The notes: generated from the letters alone by a model not told the origin. Numbered from the stretch's first letter, positions 18,436-28,397 are shown. The stretch is 64,000 nucleotides of DNA from Thermoplasmata archaeon (GCA_020348445.1 CP070751.1:3206621-3270620); one strand, 5' to 3'. A program made the numbers and translations.

Positions 18436-19323
18436 CTATTTGAGCTTCCCAGTCAAGCCACGCAGCTCCTCAAACTCGTCCTCCAGGATGTCCAAGGCAA
18501 AGGTCAAAGCTTCCTTCGCCGTCAAAGACCCGTCTGTCTCAAATTGGAAAATGAACTTCTTATCATCCCCTGATACCTTGATGGCACCAAGGGAGCAAAC
18601 CTCCTCGCATTTTTTGCACATGTTGCAATTTTCAATATCGGTGATCACTATTTTCTTGTCTTTTATGGCGAGAACGTTTTTTGGACAGTTGGAAATGCAA
18701 GATGCACCCATATCGCACTTATCATGGGAGATATTTATCTCAGGGTAGTACTGATAACCCACTGCCTGGGCTGTCTGCCATTTTGCATGTAGACTACCGG
18801 TGCCCAATTCTGCTGTTGCGTAAAGAAGCAAGGCCTGGCTTTTATTCAACTTCACAATCGGTATTTTTTTGTCGATTTGGAAGTGCTCTGCATATTTCTT
18901 TTCAGAAAGTCCTTCCACCTTTTGTACAACCAGTTGCAGTTCATCTGCGTAGACAGTGACACTTTTCTCGTCATCCTCTTCAGAAGGTCCCCTTTTATTG
19001 AGGGAGTACATGATGGTACAGTTTGGACAACCCTCTCCTTTGCACACACAGTCCTCTCTGAAAACGAAAACACCAAGATCCGTGGGAATTGGAATCATCC
19101 CCAGTCTATGGGAAATAATCTCGTCAAATAAGGGTGTCACACTCTCATACTCTTTGCCATGTTCATCTCTGATGGGCCCAAGATGAAATTCAACAGTAGA
19201 AATGGCCATCTTTGGAACATCGGCGATCAATGTCCTTCTCAATGCATTGACAACCGGAGGAGATATGTCAGAGATGATGAATTTGGCACTCGTGTCCGTT
19301 AGTTCTAAAATATCAAACTTCAT
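18436..19323 (-). CDS. rpoD: DNA-directed RNA polymerase subunit D (Rpo3) with ferredoxin-like domain
   Basis: NALRRTLIADVP, SHRLGMIP, HAKW, CxxC ferredoxin motifs. Confidence 0.96.
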   Translation of the reverse strand: MKFDILELTDTSAKFIISDISPPVVNALRRTLIADVPKMAISTVEFHLGPIRDEHGKEYESVTPLFDEIISHRLGMIPIPTDLGVFVFREDCVCKGEGCPNCTIMYSLNKRGPSEEDDEKSVTVYADELQLVVQKVEGLSEKKYAEHFQIDKKIPIVKLNKSQALLLYATAELGTGSLHAKWQTAQAVGYQYYPEINISHDKCDMGASCISNCPKNVLAIKDKKIVITDIENCNMCKKCEEVCSLGAIKVSGDDKKFIFQFETDGSLTAKEALTFALDILEDEFEELRGLTGKLK

Positions 19324-19405
19324 TGTATTTCCCCTTTATTATCACAAATCATTGAACGTCCTATCAATGATAAATATATTACTGTTTTTGCTCACACTCG
19401 GATCA

Positions 19406-19789
19406 TCAGACCCTTCTACCCCTTCGTCCACCTTTCTTTTTGGTGCCGTCATGGGGTATGGGAGTAACGTCCTCTATCCGGCCTATTCGAATCCCTGCCC
19501 TTGCCAGCGCCCGAATAGCCGCTTGTGCTCCCGGACCTGGTGAAGTTGATTTGTTGCCTCCAGGAGCTCTAATTTTAATGTGAATGTTGTTAATACCTTT
19601 TTCCTTGGCTGCATCGGCAGCTTTCTCAGCAGCCTTCATGGCGGCATAAGGTGATGCTTCGTCCTTTGCAGCCTTGACAACCATGCCGCCTGAGCAGCGG
19701 GTAATTGTCTCTGCACCAGTTAAATCAGTTATTGTGATGATGATATTGTTGAAGGAGGCATGGATATGGGCTATTCCCCACTTGACCAT
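19406..19789 (-). CDS. rps11: 30S ribosomal protein S11
   Basis: [35 protein letters not shown]. Confidence 0.98.
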   Translation of the reverse strand: MVKWGIAHIHASFNNIIITITDLTGAETITRCSGGMVVKAAKDEASPYAAMKAAEKAADAAKEKGINNIHIKIRAPGGNKSTSPGPGAQAAIRALARAGIRIGRIEDVTPIPHDGTKKKGGRRGRRV

Positions 19790-20568
19790 TAGGCTTCACC
19801 CCCGGCCTTGGATTTTTCGCTATCGGGTTTGTCCTTTGGCTCCTTTCCCTTTCCCCCCTTCTTCTTGGGTTCCTCACCCTTCTTATCTTTCCCCTCGGAT
19901 TCCTTTTCTTTGCCCTTTACTTCCTCGGTTTTCTTCTTCTGGTCTTTTTCCCCAATTGCGCCCTTCTTTTGGGTTGGCTCGATCTCATCGACTTTCTCGG
20001 TTTCCTTCTGCATGGTAAATTCCCTTGATACTCTTTCTATATGCTCTGCTGTGGGTCTTGCAGGGTGTAGCTCGCTTGCAAGTGGTGAATATGGATTGTA
20101 GGCAATACTTGGCTCTTCGTTCTTTTTTACCAAATAACCAGGTACCGTAACCATACGCTCATTTACTGTGGCATGGCCGTGAACAATAAGCTGTCTCGCT
20201 TGTTTTGGCGTATATGCTAGGCCCTTTATATACACCAAGGTCTGCAATCTACGTTCCAGCATCCTCTCCACATCCAAGGCCAAAACATCATCCAAAGTTG
20301 CATCCTCCGGTAGGACTCCGAGATTGGCGAGTTTTTTCAAGAGGCCTTTCCTCTCCTTTTGTGCCTGCATATCACCCAATCGAAGTCTGGCGAGGAGGGT
20401 TCTTGCCTGTCTTCTGTAATTTCTAAGTTCGGACTGTGCCTTCCAGAGCTCGCGTTTGTTTTTAAGACCGTATTTCTTTAAAAGTTCGTTCTCCTCCTTG
20501 ATCCTGGTCCCTTGCCAGGGATGCGATGGTGTGTCATATTTTCTTCTTGAGAATTTTGGATCACCCAT
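19789..20568 (-). CDS. rps4: 30S ribosomal protein S4 with charged C-terminal extension
   Basis: [30 protein letters not shown]. Confidence 0.98.
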   Translation of the reverse strand: MGDPKFSRRKYDTPSHPWQGTRIKEENELLKKYGLKNKRELWKAQSELRNYRRQARTLLARLRLGDMQAQKERKGLLKKLANLGVLPEDATLDDVLALDVERMLERRLQTLVYIKGLAYTPKQARQLIVHGHATVNERMVTVPGYLVKKNEEPSIAYNPYSPLASELHPARPTAEHIERVSREFTMQKETEKVDEIEPTQKKGAIGEKDQKKKTEEVKGKEKESEGKDKKGEEPKKKGGKGKEPKDKPDSEKSKAGGEA

Positions 20569-20613
20569 TTATTCACTTTTCCTTTAAGACCTACTTTGTC
20601 CCGATTCTCTTTT

Positions 20614-21138
20614 TTATTTGGCCTTCTGCGCTTTTTTCACCACTCCAACGGTCAGTCCTGTCCTACCATGGGCTTTGGTCCTCTGCCCCCTCACCTTCAG
20701 GCCTTTCTCATGCCGAATTCCCCGGTAACATCTGATTTTCTTCAGTATGTTGATGTCCTCTTGGCGTCGCATATCCATCTCTGAGCCCAGAAGATGTATA
20801 TCCTCCCCAGTCCAGGTATCCCTTTGCTTATTTAAAAGCCATCCCGGTGTGTGTTCCGATAGCTCCAAAACATATTCTTCTAATTTTTCTATATCTTGAT
20901 CTGATAAGTTGCCTATCTTCTCGTCCCTGGGTAATTTAGTTAGCTTGAGTACCACCTCTGCCACCCTATCCCCAACCCCTTTTACGGCAGTTAAGGCATG
21001 AACCACAGTCTTGTTACCATCCAAATCAGTGTTTGCTATTCTGACAATATATTTGAAGTCGTCTGGTTGATCCTCATCTTTCTTAGACTCCTTGACTATT
21101 TCTTTTGGAGCTGCGATTTTTTCATTTTCGTCTGCCAA
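20614..21138 (-). CDS. rps13: 30S ribosomal protein S13
   Basis: KYIVRIANTDLDG, YRGIRHEKGLKVRGQRTK; TTG start after GGAGG. Confidence 0.97.
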   Translation of the reverse strand: MADENEKIAAPKEIVKESKKDEDQPDDFKYIVRIANTDLDGNKTVVHALTAVKGVGDRVAEVVLKLTKLPRDEKIGNLSDQDIEKLEEYVLELSEHTPGWLLNKQRDTWTGEDIHLLGSEMDMRRQEDINILKKIRCYRGIRHEKGLKVRGQRTKAHGRTGLTVGVVKKAQKAK

Positions 21139-21465
21139 ACCTTATCCTCCAGGTATATAGAATTATTTGGAAGGCAAGATGCCCTTAAGTGATTTTTATT
21201 ATTTAAGGTTATTGGGATTGGATGTATCAGTTTCTTGAATATCATTGAATAAAACTCGTAATTACACCCATCACCTCCCCCAAGAAAGTGATTATCCAGT
21301 TATAACATATCTACTTTACGGTATTTGTTTGTCATGTGATCAATGAAAATCCCTTGAAAGAATATTCATCTATATAGATTCTTTATTAATATATAGTGAA
21401 TATATTCTATATAAGCTAATTAATTATACTGGGTACCCTTTTCTATCATTAGGTTTTGAGTCTTC

Positions 21466-22785
21466 ATGAACAATAAAGAAGATGATAATAATCCTGATTC
21501 AAAGGACGAGTGTATTGAGGATATAGTACTGAAATCTGAAGAACAGACTTCTCAACCAAAGAAAAAAGTCCGGGTCTTAAAGGACGATTACATCCCAAGA
21601 AAGCCAAAATCTAAGTTAAAAGCGGGCTGGCTGACACTGAACAGGAGAATCTCCCCATACCTTAACCACAGATACACAAGGGCGTTTATCCTCATTCTCT
21701 CCGTCTATTTCTTCATCGTGGGAATAAAAACCATGAGCGGCGGCTTCAAGGACATGGGTAAGGGATTCTCGGAAGGGTTGATAGAAAACGCTTCAAATCC
21801 TTTGGTGGGATTGTTCATTGGTATCTTTGCCACATCTGCAATTCAAAGTTCCTCTGCAACTACCTCCATGGTGGTGGGAATGGTGGCTGCAGAGCCTAGA
21901 TTTCTTCCCATGGCCATTCCAATCATCATAGGCGCCAACATTGGTACTTCTGTTACGAACATGATAGTCTCCTTTGGTCATATCACGAGAGGTGCCGAGT
22001 TTGAAAGAGCATTCTCAGGAGCTGTCGTACACGATTTCTTCAATGTGATTGCTGCAAGCATTCTCTTCCCTGTTGAAGTTATAACCCAGTATTTATGGGG
22101 GGGTAAAGGTCTTCTCCAAAGAGCCTCAATGTATCTTGCTGAGAACTTCGTAGGAACTGCCGGAGTAGGGAAATTCACACTTATCAATGATATCGTAAAT
22201 CCCATTGTAAATCCCATCAGAGATTTTTCCAAGGGTGCTGGTATACAGTGGCTTTCAGTACTTGTTGGAATCATAATCCTCTTTTTAGCCTTGAAGTTCA
22301 TAACAAGCTCCATGAGAATATTGATTGAGGGCAGATTACAGATCATCATCAGCAAGTACCTTTTTAAAACCACTTTAACCAGTTTCGGCTTCGGGATTCT
22401 ACTAACGGCATTGGTTCAGAGCAGCTCTATAACGACCTCCCTCGTGGTACCCCTGGTTGGTGGCGGAGTCTTGTCTGTTGAGCAGATTTTCCCTTACACC
22501 CTGGGAGCAAATGTGGGAACCACTGTTACTGCTCTTTTAGCTGCTTTCGTGGAATGGGGCAGCGCAAGCCAGGCCGGTAGTGCTGTTGCGGCATTGTCCA
22601 TTGCCTTTGCACATCTTTTGTTCAACGTGATCGCAATATGTCTTATTTATCCATTTAAAAAGCTGCCCATAGGCATGGCCAAAAGATTGGGGGGTTATGT
22701 GGTTAATAACAAAAAAATGGCGGTAATCTATATAATCGTTGCATTCTATATAATACCGGGATTGGTAATACTACTTCTGAGGTGA
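21466..22785 (+). CDS. Na/Pi cotransporter (NptA/NaPi-II family)
   Basis: Duplicated QSSS and GANIGT/GANVGT motifs. Confidence 0.92.
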   Translation: MNNKEDDNNPDSKDECIEDIVLKSEEQTSQPKKKVRVLKDDYIPRKPKSKLKAGWLTLNRRISPYLNHRYTRAFILILSVYFFIVGIKTMSGGFKDMGKGFSEGLIENASNPLVGLFIGIFATSAIQSSSATTSMVVGMVAAEPRFLPMAIPIIIGANIGTSVTNMIVSFGHITRGAEFERAFSGAVVHDFFNVIAASILFPVEVITQYLWGGKGLLQRASMYLAENFVGTAGVGKFTLINDIVNPIVNPIRDFSKGAGIQWLSVLVGIIILFLALKFITSSMRILIEGRLQIIISKYLFKTTLTSFGFGILLTALVQSSSITTSLVVPLVGGGVLSVEQIFPYTLGANVGTTVTALLAAFVEWGSASQAGSAVAALSIAFAHLLFNVIAICLIYPFKKLPIGMAKRLGGYVVNNKKMAVIYIIVAFYIIPGLVILLLR

Positions 22786-22792
22786 GAAAAGC

Positions 22793-23476
22793 ATGTCATT
22801 TAAAAGAATATACGATGCGTTGACAAAGGCCCCCCTCCTGGAAAAGGCGTATAATGATGCATGGAAGATGCACGCACTCGTAAAGGAGATGTTCGAGGAG
22901 TCCTCAAAATGTTTAATTGGGTGTGACATAAGTGTGGCAAAAAAACTCTCCTTGGAAGACAAGCGTATCAACAAGGCCGAGAAGAAAATCAGAAGGGAGG
23001 TTATGGAATACCTGGCAGTGACAACGGCTCCCAACCTCAGTGCCTCATTGATTTTAATAAGCATAGTTATTGATTATGAAAGAATTGGAGATCTCTGCAA
23101 GAACATAGCCCAGGTCTGCATAGAATATCCTGCAGATTTTGATGACGAAGAATATGTTAAGGATATTAACGAAATTAAAAATAACCTCTCGAAAATGTTT
23201 GATTTAACTTTAGTAGCAATAGAACAATCTGATACCGAGAAGGCCAAGGAAGCCATTGGAATACATGACAATATTAAGGAGATTCACAACAGTATAATTA
23301 AAAGATTGAACGAAGACGAGAAGATTTCCACAACCAATGCCATAAGTTATGCATTGTTAACAGGGTACTTCAGAAGGATCAATGCCCACCTAGCTAATAT
23401 TTGTACGGGTGTGCTTTACCCCTTCCCTGCTTTGGGCTTTGGATATGAGGTGGGTGGAGATTTGGATGGGCCGTAA
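22793..23476 (+). CDS. phoU: PhoU-domain phosphate uptake regulator
   Basis: DKRIN, DYERIGD, RRINAH helical repeats; follows the Na/Pi transporter. Confidence 0.85.
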   Translation: MSFKRIYDALTKAPLLEKAYNDAWKMHALVKEMFEESSKCLIGCDISVAKKLSLEDKRINKAEKKIRREVMEYLAVTTAPNLSASLILISIVIDYERIGDLCKNIAQVCIEYPADFDDEEYVKDINEIKNNLSKMFDLTLVAIEQSDTEKAKEAIGIHDNIKEIHNSIIKRLNEDEKISTTNAISYALLTGYFRRINAHLANICTGVLYPFPALGFGYEVGGDLDGP

Positions 23477-23494
23477 GCAGTGGTAGTGCCTTTT

Positions 23495-23851
23495 TCATCC
23501 TGATAAATTAAAATCATTGCCAAGATCCAGCTTTCCCTGACAAAGGACTTTTCCATCCAAAACCAGTGCAGGAAGTGTGTCGATCCCCAGCCTCCTCATT
23601 CTCATTCTCGCCTTGAATTTTTTCCATTTTACAATTGCCCTTATTCTGCTGTCACTTTGGGAGGGAATGACCATTTCATAACTTTCTTTGTTTTTCCACA
23701 CCAAGTGTTTTGCATACCTCAACATCTTCCTGCTTTGCTCAGTTTGTTTTGGTATGGGTTTTAAACAGCAGCTTCCTCCAGATGTTTTTGGAATAGTGAA
23801 AATAACCTCAGGAAAGAATTCCAATTTATGTTTGGATTTTGACATTTTCAA
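23495..23851 (-). CDS. Small thioredoxin-like protein with vicinal CC motif
   Basis: GGSCC and C-terminal TLPALVLDGKV; downstream of the DsbD/TlpA genes. Confidence 0.55.
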   Translation of the reverse strand: MKMSKSKHKLEFFPEVIFTIPKTSGGSCCLKPIPKQTEQSRKMLRYAKHLVWKNKESYEMVIPSQSDSRIRAIVKWKKFKARMRMRRLGIDTLPALVLDGKVLCQGKLDLGNDFNLSG

Positions 23852-23961
23852 TCACTGATTTTGTTGTAATGTTAATTAATTAATTCTTCATATATATTGA
23901 TTTATTGTATTACAATTCATGTAAATTATCAGAATTTATTTTACAAATGTAATTCATTCCA

Positions 23962-25773
23962 TTATAAACTCGCGGTAGAAACATAAATCCATACAAGATA
24001 TATTCCAACTACGATCAAAACAGCCCCACTTATTTTCTTAATGACTTCTGTGTACTGGGATAATTTCTGGGCTGCACCGGCTCCGAAATGGGCTATGGCA
24101 ATGGTAATACTTATCATTAATACGGCTGCCACTAGATTATAGAGAATTAGAACAGACAATCCAAATATTAATCCAGCATTCAATGCAGCCACTAAAACTG
24201 CAATAAAAATGGGAGCAGTGCACCCCGCAGCAGCGGCCCCATATCCTAAACCGTATAAGAACAATCCTCCATAGAATCCCGATTCTCCTCCAGTGGTAGT
24301 GGGATCGCTAGATTCACTGACCTCTCCATCCTTGGATTTTTTCTGAAACTTGCTTCGCAGCTTTGCCCAAAAGGCCTGAATCGGTCGTATGATCTTCCAG
24401 TATTGAAAGGGTGTGAGTAGAAGTCCTCCCAGTACTATCAGGATGATTCCCACAATAAGTCCAAAAACAGCCACTCCCTCCAGTATGGAAGTTCCAGCAA
24501 GGATAACTACTATGCCTAAAAGTAAACTCACGATTATTATACCAGCAGCCGAGATGGTCCCAGCCATTGCAGCTCTTCGCAGTGGTATCTTTCCCCCTTC
24601 CTCGGCTCCTTTTTTGAGATAGTATGCTAGATATCCCGGAAGCATGGGAAATGCACAGGGAGAGAAGAAGAATGCAAATCCAGCTAAAATTGCCAGGGAA
24701 ACATAACTTGCCTCCTGAATGGCAATTGCCTCAGCTTCACCTGATATTGCATCATCAAGTTCTTTTTTCAGGGTGCTTACATCTTCGACTTCGCCTTCGA
24801 ATGTGGCATAACCATCACCATTGATGATTATGATCTTTGGAATGAGTTCAGCACGGTATTTGAGAATCAGATCATCAGTATCCCGTGCAATGGCCCAATC
24901 GATATTGTGGGAATCCCTGTAATCCTGGAGCATCCCGTCTGTATCATCCACCAAGATATCCACACTTATAAAAACAACTTCATCTTTATAATCCGGATAT
25001 ATCTCCTTAAGGTTCTTCTCAACGATTTTACATCCTTTGCAGGGAATGGACATCATGTCCAATATAACGACCTTTCCCCTAAAATCCGTGAGATTGAAAG
25101 TGTTGCCGTCTATGTCAGTCAATGTGAATCCAGGTGCCTCAGTAACCTCACTCGGGCTGAGGAAAAGTACACCCATTACAATAAAAATCAAGATAAAGAT
25201 AACTAAAATTATAGCTTGCATCTTCTTATTCATTGGTATAGTTTTATCCTTCCTCTTGACGTGTTTTACAACCAAGAACACAAGGATAACTACAAGAATG
25301 ACTATAAGAACCTGCATGGCCAAATTACTTTCAGTTGGACAGGGTGGAGCTTCACCGCCCTCAAGGCTCGTGTTTATATCTATGTAATGATAATCTTCCC
25401 CTCCTAAAGGTGAATATTCTTTACTGCCATCATCATATGTTACTGTGATGTTTATGCCAAGTAATGTTACCCCTTCAAGATCCCTTGTTATAATAGTAGA
25501 ATAAGTGTTGTTCTCCCCCAGGGTTAAATTGTGTAAATCAGGATAACATCCCTCTTCGGGTTCGATTTGACAGTACAGCATATTGACCTTTGTAATATTT
25601 GATGTGTCATTTACCTGTACATACACGGTAATCTCATCATATGAAAATGGTTTTTCTGGATAATAGGTAACGCTCCTAATATTTGATTCGGCACTCACAG
25701 ATGGAAGGAATGACAGGGAAATCATTAAAATTATGAAGACCCAAAACGGCACTAACTTTTTTACACAACTCAC
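23962..25773 (-). CDS. Fusion: secreted Ig-like domain, TlpA redoxin and CcdA/DsbD membrane domain
   Basis: APGFTLTDIDG, PCKGC, FFSPCAFPMLPGY, AAGCTAPIF. Confidence 0.85.
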   Translation of the reverse strand: MSCVKKLVPFWVFIILMISLSFLPSVSAESNIRSVTYYPEKPFSYDEITVYVQVNDTSNITKVNMLYCQIEPEEGCYPDLHNLTLGENNTYSTIITRDLEGVTLLGINITVTYDDGSKEYSPLGGEDYHYIDINTSLEGGEAPPCPTESNLAMQVLIVILVVILVFLVVKHVKRKDKTIPMNKKMQAIILVIFILIFIVMGVLFLSPSEVTEAPGFTLTDIDGNTFNLTDFRGKVVILDMMSIPCKGCKIVEKNLKEIYPDYKDEVVFISVDILVDDTDGMLQDYRDSHNIDWAIARDTDDLILKYRAELIPKIIIINGDGYATFEGEVEDVSTLKKELDDAISGEAEAIAIQEASYVSLAILAGFAFFFSPCAFPMLPGYLAYYLKKGAEEGGKIPLRRAAMAGTISAAGIIIVSLLLGIVVILAGTSILEGVAVFGLIVGIILIVLGGLLLTPFQYWKIIRPIQAFWAKLRSKFQKKSKDGEVSESSDPTTTGGESGFYGGLFLYGLGYGAAAAGCTAPIFIAVLVAALNAGLIFGLSVLILYNLVAAVLMISITIAIAHFGAGAAQKLSQYTEVIKKISGAVLIVVGIYLVWIYVSTASL

Positions 25774-25782
25774 TTTCGCACC

Positions 25783-26340
25783 TCAAATAAGTCTCTCTAC
25801 CTCTTTCGATAGGGTCTGGAAAGACGTTTCGCCCTCATGATAATGCCTGATTATACCCTCTCTATCTATGATTACTATGGTTGGAGTATATCTTACGTTG
25901 TATTTATTTTCTACATCGTCCGTGTCTCTTGCAAAAGTCCAATTATCACCGTATTTTTCGCGAAAAGTGCTCAAATCTTCGTTTGAATCGCTGTTATCAA
26001 TGGATATTGTCATAATAACCAATTCTTCAGAAGGGTATCTGTTATATACACCTTTTAGATGCTCCATTTCGCTGATACAGGGAGGACATGTGGTGGTCAT
26101 GATATCCAATATTATGACCTTACCGAAATTGTCTGAAAGTTTAATCTCTTCTCCATCAATACTCTTCAGATTGAAATTAGGAGCTTTTTCTCCCACAAGA
26201 TCTATAAAAAAAGGGCGTATCAATATATAAGCCAAAACGATGATTAGAATGATCACGACTATTATTATGATATTCCCTTTTAAAAACTGCTTTACCTTGT
26301 TGGCTTTTAAATTCTCTTTATCAGGCTCCTTTTCATCCAA
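25783..26340 (-). CDS. Membrane-anchored TlpA-family redoxin
   Basis: APNFNLKSIDG, TTCPPC, YTPTIVIID. Confidence 0.9.
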   Translation of the reverse strand: MDEKEPDKENLKANKVKQFLKGNIIIIVVIILIIVLAYILIRPFFIDLVGEKAPNFNLKSIDGEEIKLSDNFGKVIILDIMTTTCPPCISEMEHLKGVYNRYPSEELVIMTISIDNSDSNEDLSTFREKYGDNWTFARDTDDVENKYNVRYTPTIVIIDREGIIRHYHEGETSFQTLSKEVERLI

Positions 26341-26529
26341 GAATGAGCACCTAAGGGATAAAAACGCTGTTTATTGGATATAAGTTTTACCTAGGTAAAA
26401 AAATCCCAAATGATTATCAGCCTAGATAACAACAAGGTATAATTTATCTACTCAGAGTTATATAGGAAAAACATTATAGCCAATGCTCTCAGGGATTTGG
26501 GGCCCAAGAGCGTAAAAGAAGATGAGGAC

Positions 26530-26685
26530 ATGACTTCACTAATACCTCATGGAAAGGAAGTTTCTGTGGTGCACCTCAATTCAGACTGGGGTTACTTGGC
26601 TTATATTGAGAAATGTTTAGATAAACACGGAGAGACTACCTACAAGGTTGTTAGAGTACCCTTGGAAGATGGATTTAAAAAATAA
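26530..26685 (+). CDS. Possible small hypothetical protein (51 aa)
   Basis: GAGG RBS before ATG 26530; no recognisable motif. Confidence 0.3.
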   Translation: MTSLIPHGKEVSVVHLNSDWGYLAYIEKCLDKHGETTYKVVRVPLEDGFKK

Positions 26686-26865
26686 CAGAATGTGAATCCA
26701 TAATAATAACCGTTTTTACGATTTTTTCTTTTAATCTGGAGTTTAAATATCACTATCATTTCGACAGTAATGGGCAATTTGGGGCCTGATATCTTTATTA
26801 TGGGAATTTCCTGTCCTAAACAACCCGCAATCATTTTATTGTACAATTTCCTTAAACCTCAATGT

Positions 26866-26943
26866 GGCCCAGTGGGGTAGCTTGGTCGATCCTATGGCGT
26901 TCGGGACGCTGTGACTCCGATTCAAATTCGGACTGGGCCACCA
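26866..26943 (+). tRNA. tRNA-Pro(CGG)
   Basis: Acceptor GGCCCAG/CTGGGCC-A-CCA, anticodon arm TGGCG-TTCGGGA-CGCTG, T arm TCCGA-TTCAAAT-TCGGA. Confidence 0.93.
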
Positions 26944-27039
26944 TTCTAATTTTTATACAATTATATTCATGGTGGCCCATTCGTGTTTTGGCTTAAGACC
27001 CAAGCAAATGATAGTATAACCAAAACACGGACTGGGCCA
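26941..27039 (+). repeat. 99-bp tRNA-Pro 3'-trailer element (contains hairpin copy 4 at 26982-27029)
   Basis: 24-nt loop, inverted tRNA end (ATGGTGGCCCA), CGTGTTTTGG/28-nt loop/CCAAAACACG, direct copy CGGACTGGGCCA 99 bp from the tRNA end. Confidence 0.75.
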
Positions 27040-27148
27040 ACATATCATAATTTGCAGATTTAAATATGTAACCTATAACATCTCGGGCGTTTTAAAGAAA
27101 CAATAAAATATGACGAAGTGGTTAACCAATTGTTAGGGGGGATACAAC

Positions 27149-28375
27149 ATCAAGCTGACTGTCAACGAACGAATACTTCTACATCTTAGAAGGTACTACT
27201 CCGCTAAAAAGGATGTGGAGGCACCCCAGGCCGTAACCCAAAAGGGAATAGCAGACGCCATTGACATCAGGGTAACGCATGTCCCAAGATCTGTTAAGAA
27301 GCTGGATGAGGAAGGTATGATATATGAAAGTGTGATGCACATAGAGGGTATGGACAAAAGAAGGAAGGCCTATTTTCTCACAGACAAGGGCATGTATCAC
27401 GCAAAAGAAATCAAGAGAAACCTCGAGGAAAGGAGGATACCACTGAGAGATTCTAAAGGCAAGATCAAAGATGTGAAAATCAATGAACTAGAGGAAATCA
27501 CAGGTGTGAAAATCGATATTTTGGATTTGCTGAGACTTATCGATAAGGGGGGAATATTAAATCAAAAATCCATGGAACTGTTTGCAAAAAGCGAAAAAAA
27601 AGTGGCTCCTGAGAAGAAGACAGGACTCTTTGACTTTCCGCACAGGATTACTCAACCAAAGAAGTTTGTGGACAGAAAAAAGGAGATAGATACATTACTG
27701 AAATGGATAAAAAACAAAGATGTGGTTCTCATCTCAGTCAATGGAAATACAGGTATTGGTAAGACCTCTCTTGTTGGGAAGGTGTTATCAAAACTTGAAA
27801 AAGACGTCAATGTATTTAATTACGATTTTAAAAAAGGGGAGGATTTCGATGATTTAACTGAATATCTCTCCGAGTTTTTGGCTAGGTTGAACCGAACAGA
27901 GCTAAAATCCATCTTGAAATCAAAGAGAAGAGGACAAAGAGACGTTTTAAAGGGAACAATTAATTCCATTACCGATACAAATGCGATTTTGGTTTTAGAT
28001 ACCTTGGATCAAGCCGATAAAACATCGAGAAAATTTATATCCACCTTATCCCAAGAGTTGAATGGGCTCACCAATGTAAAGATAGTTACAATACATGATG
28101 GCAAAAAAGCGCTCTTCATCGAAGAGGTGCTGGATTCTGCGCAATTCCGTACCTTGGAATTAAAAGGGTTGGATAGAAAAAGTGCAAAGTCTCTTTTGGG
28201 GATAAAAAAACTTGATTTGGAGGATTTCGAAAGAATTTTCAGATTGACTGAGGGCAATCCTCTGGCATTGAAACTGATAAAATCCGAGGATGTAAGCAAT
28301 CTTAAAAAAACAGGTAGGTTCACTTCTGATGAATTGACTCTGATAAAATACCTCAAATCCCTTGAGAAGTTATAA
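27149..28375 (+). CDS. Winged-helix plus STAND/NB-ARC-like P-loop ATPase
   Basis: N-terminal wHTH (TQKGIADAIDIRVTHV), FVDRKKEI, GNTGIGKTSL, LVLDT, LTEGNPLAL. Probable start is non-canonical ATC 27149; the track uses GTG 27215. Confidence 0.8.
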   Translation: MKLTVNERILLHLRRYYSAKKDVEAPQAVTQKGIADAIDIRVTHVPRSVKKLDEEGMIYESVMHIEGMDKRRKAYFLTDKGMYHAKEIKRNLEERRIPLRDSKGKIKDVKINELEEITGVKIDILDLLRLIDKGGILNQKSMELFAKSEKKVAPEKKTGLFDFPHRITQPKKFVDRKKEIDTLLKWIKNKDVVLISVNGNTGIGKTSLVGKVLSKLEKDVNVFNYDFKKGEDFDDLTEYLSEFLARLNRTELKSILKSKRRGQRDVLKGTINSITDTNAILVLDTLDQADKTSRKFISTLSQELNGLTNVKIVTIHDGKKALFIEEVLDSAQFRTLELKGLDRKSAKSLLGIKKLDLEDFERIFRLTEGNPLALKLIKSEDVSNLKKTGRFTSDELTLIKYLKSLEKL

Positions 28376-28397
28376 TTTAGTTAATTTAGACCTTAAT

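Noticed and set aside
27012-27020. TAGTATAAC resembling the CRESS-virus origin nonamer TAGTATTAC
   Set aside because: One mismatch, not positionally conserved in the other hairpin copies, and no Rep gene in the window.
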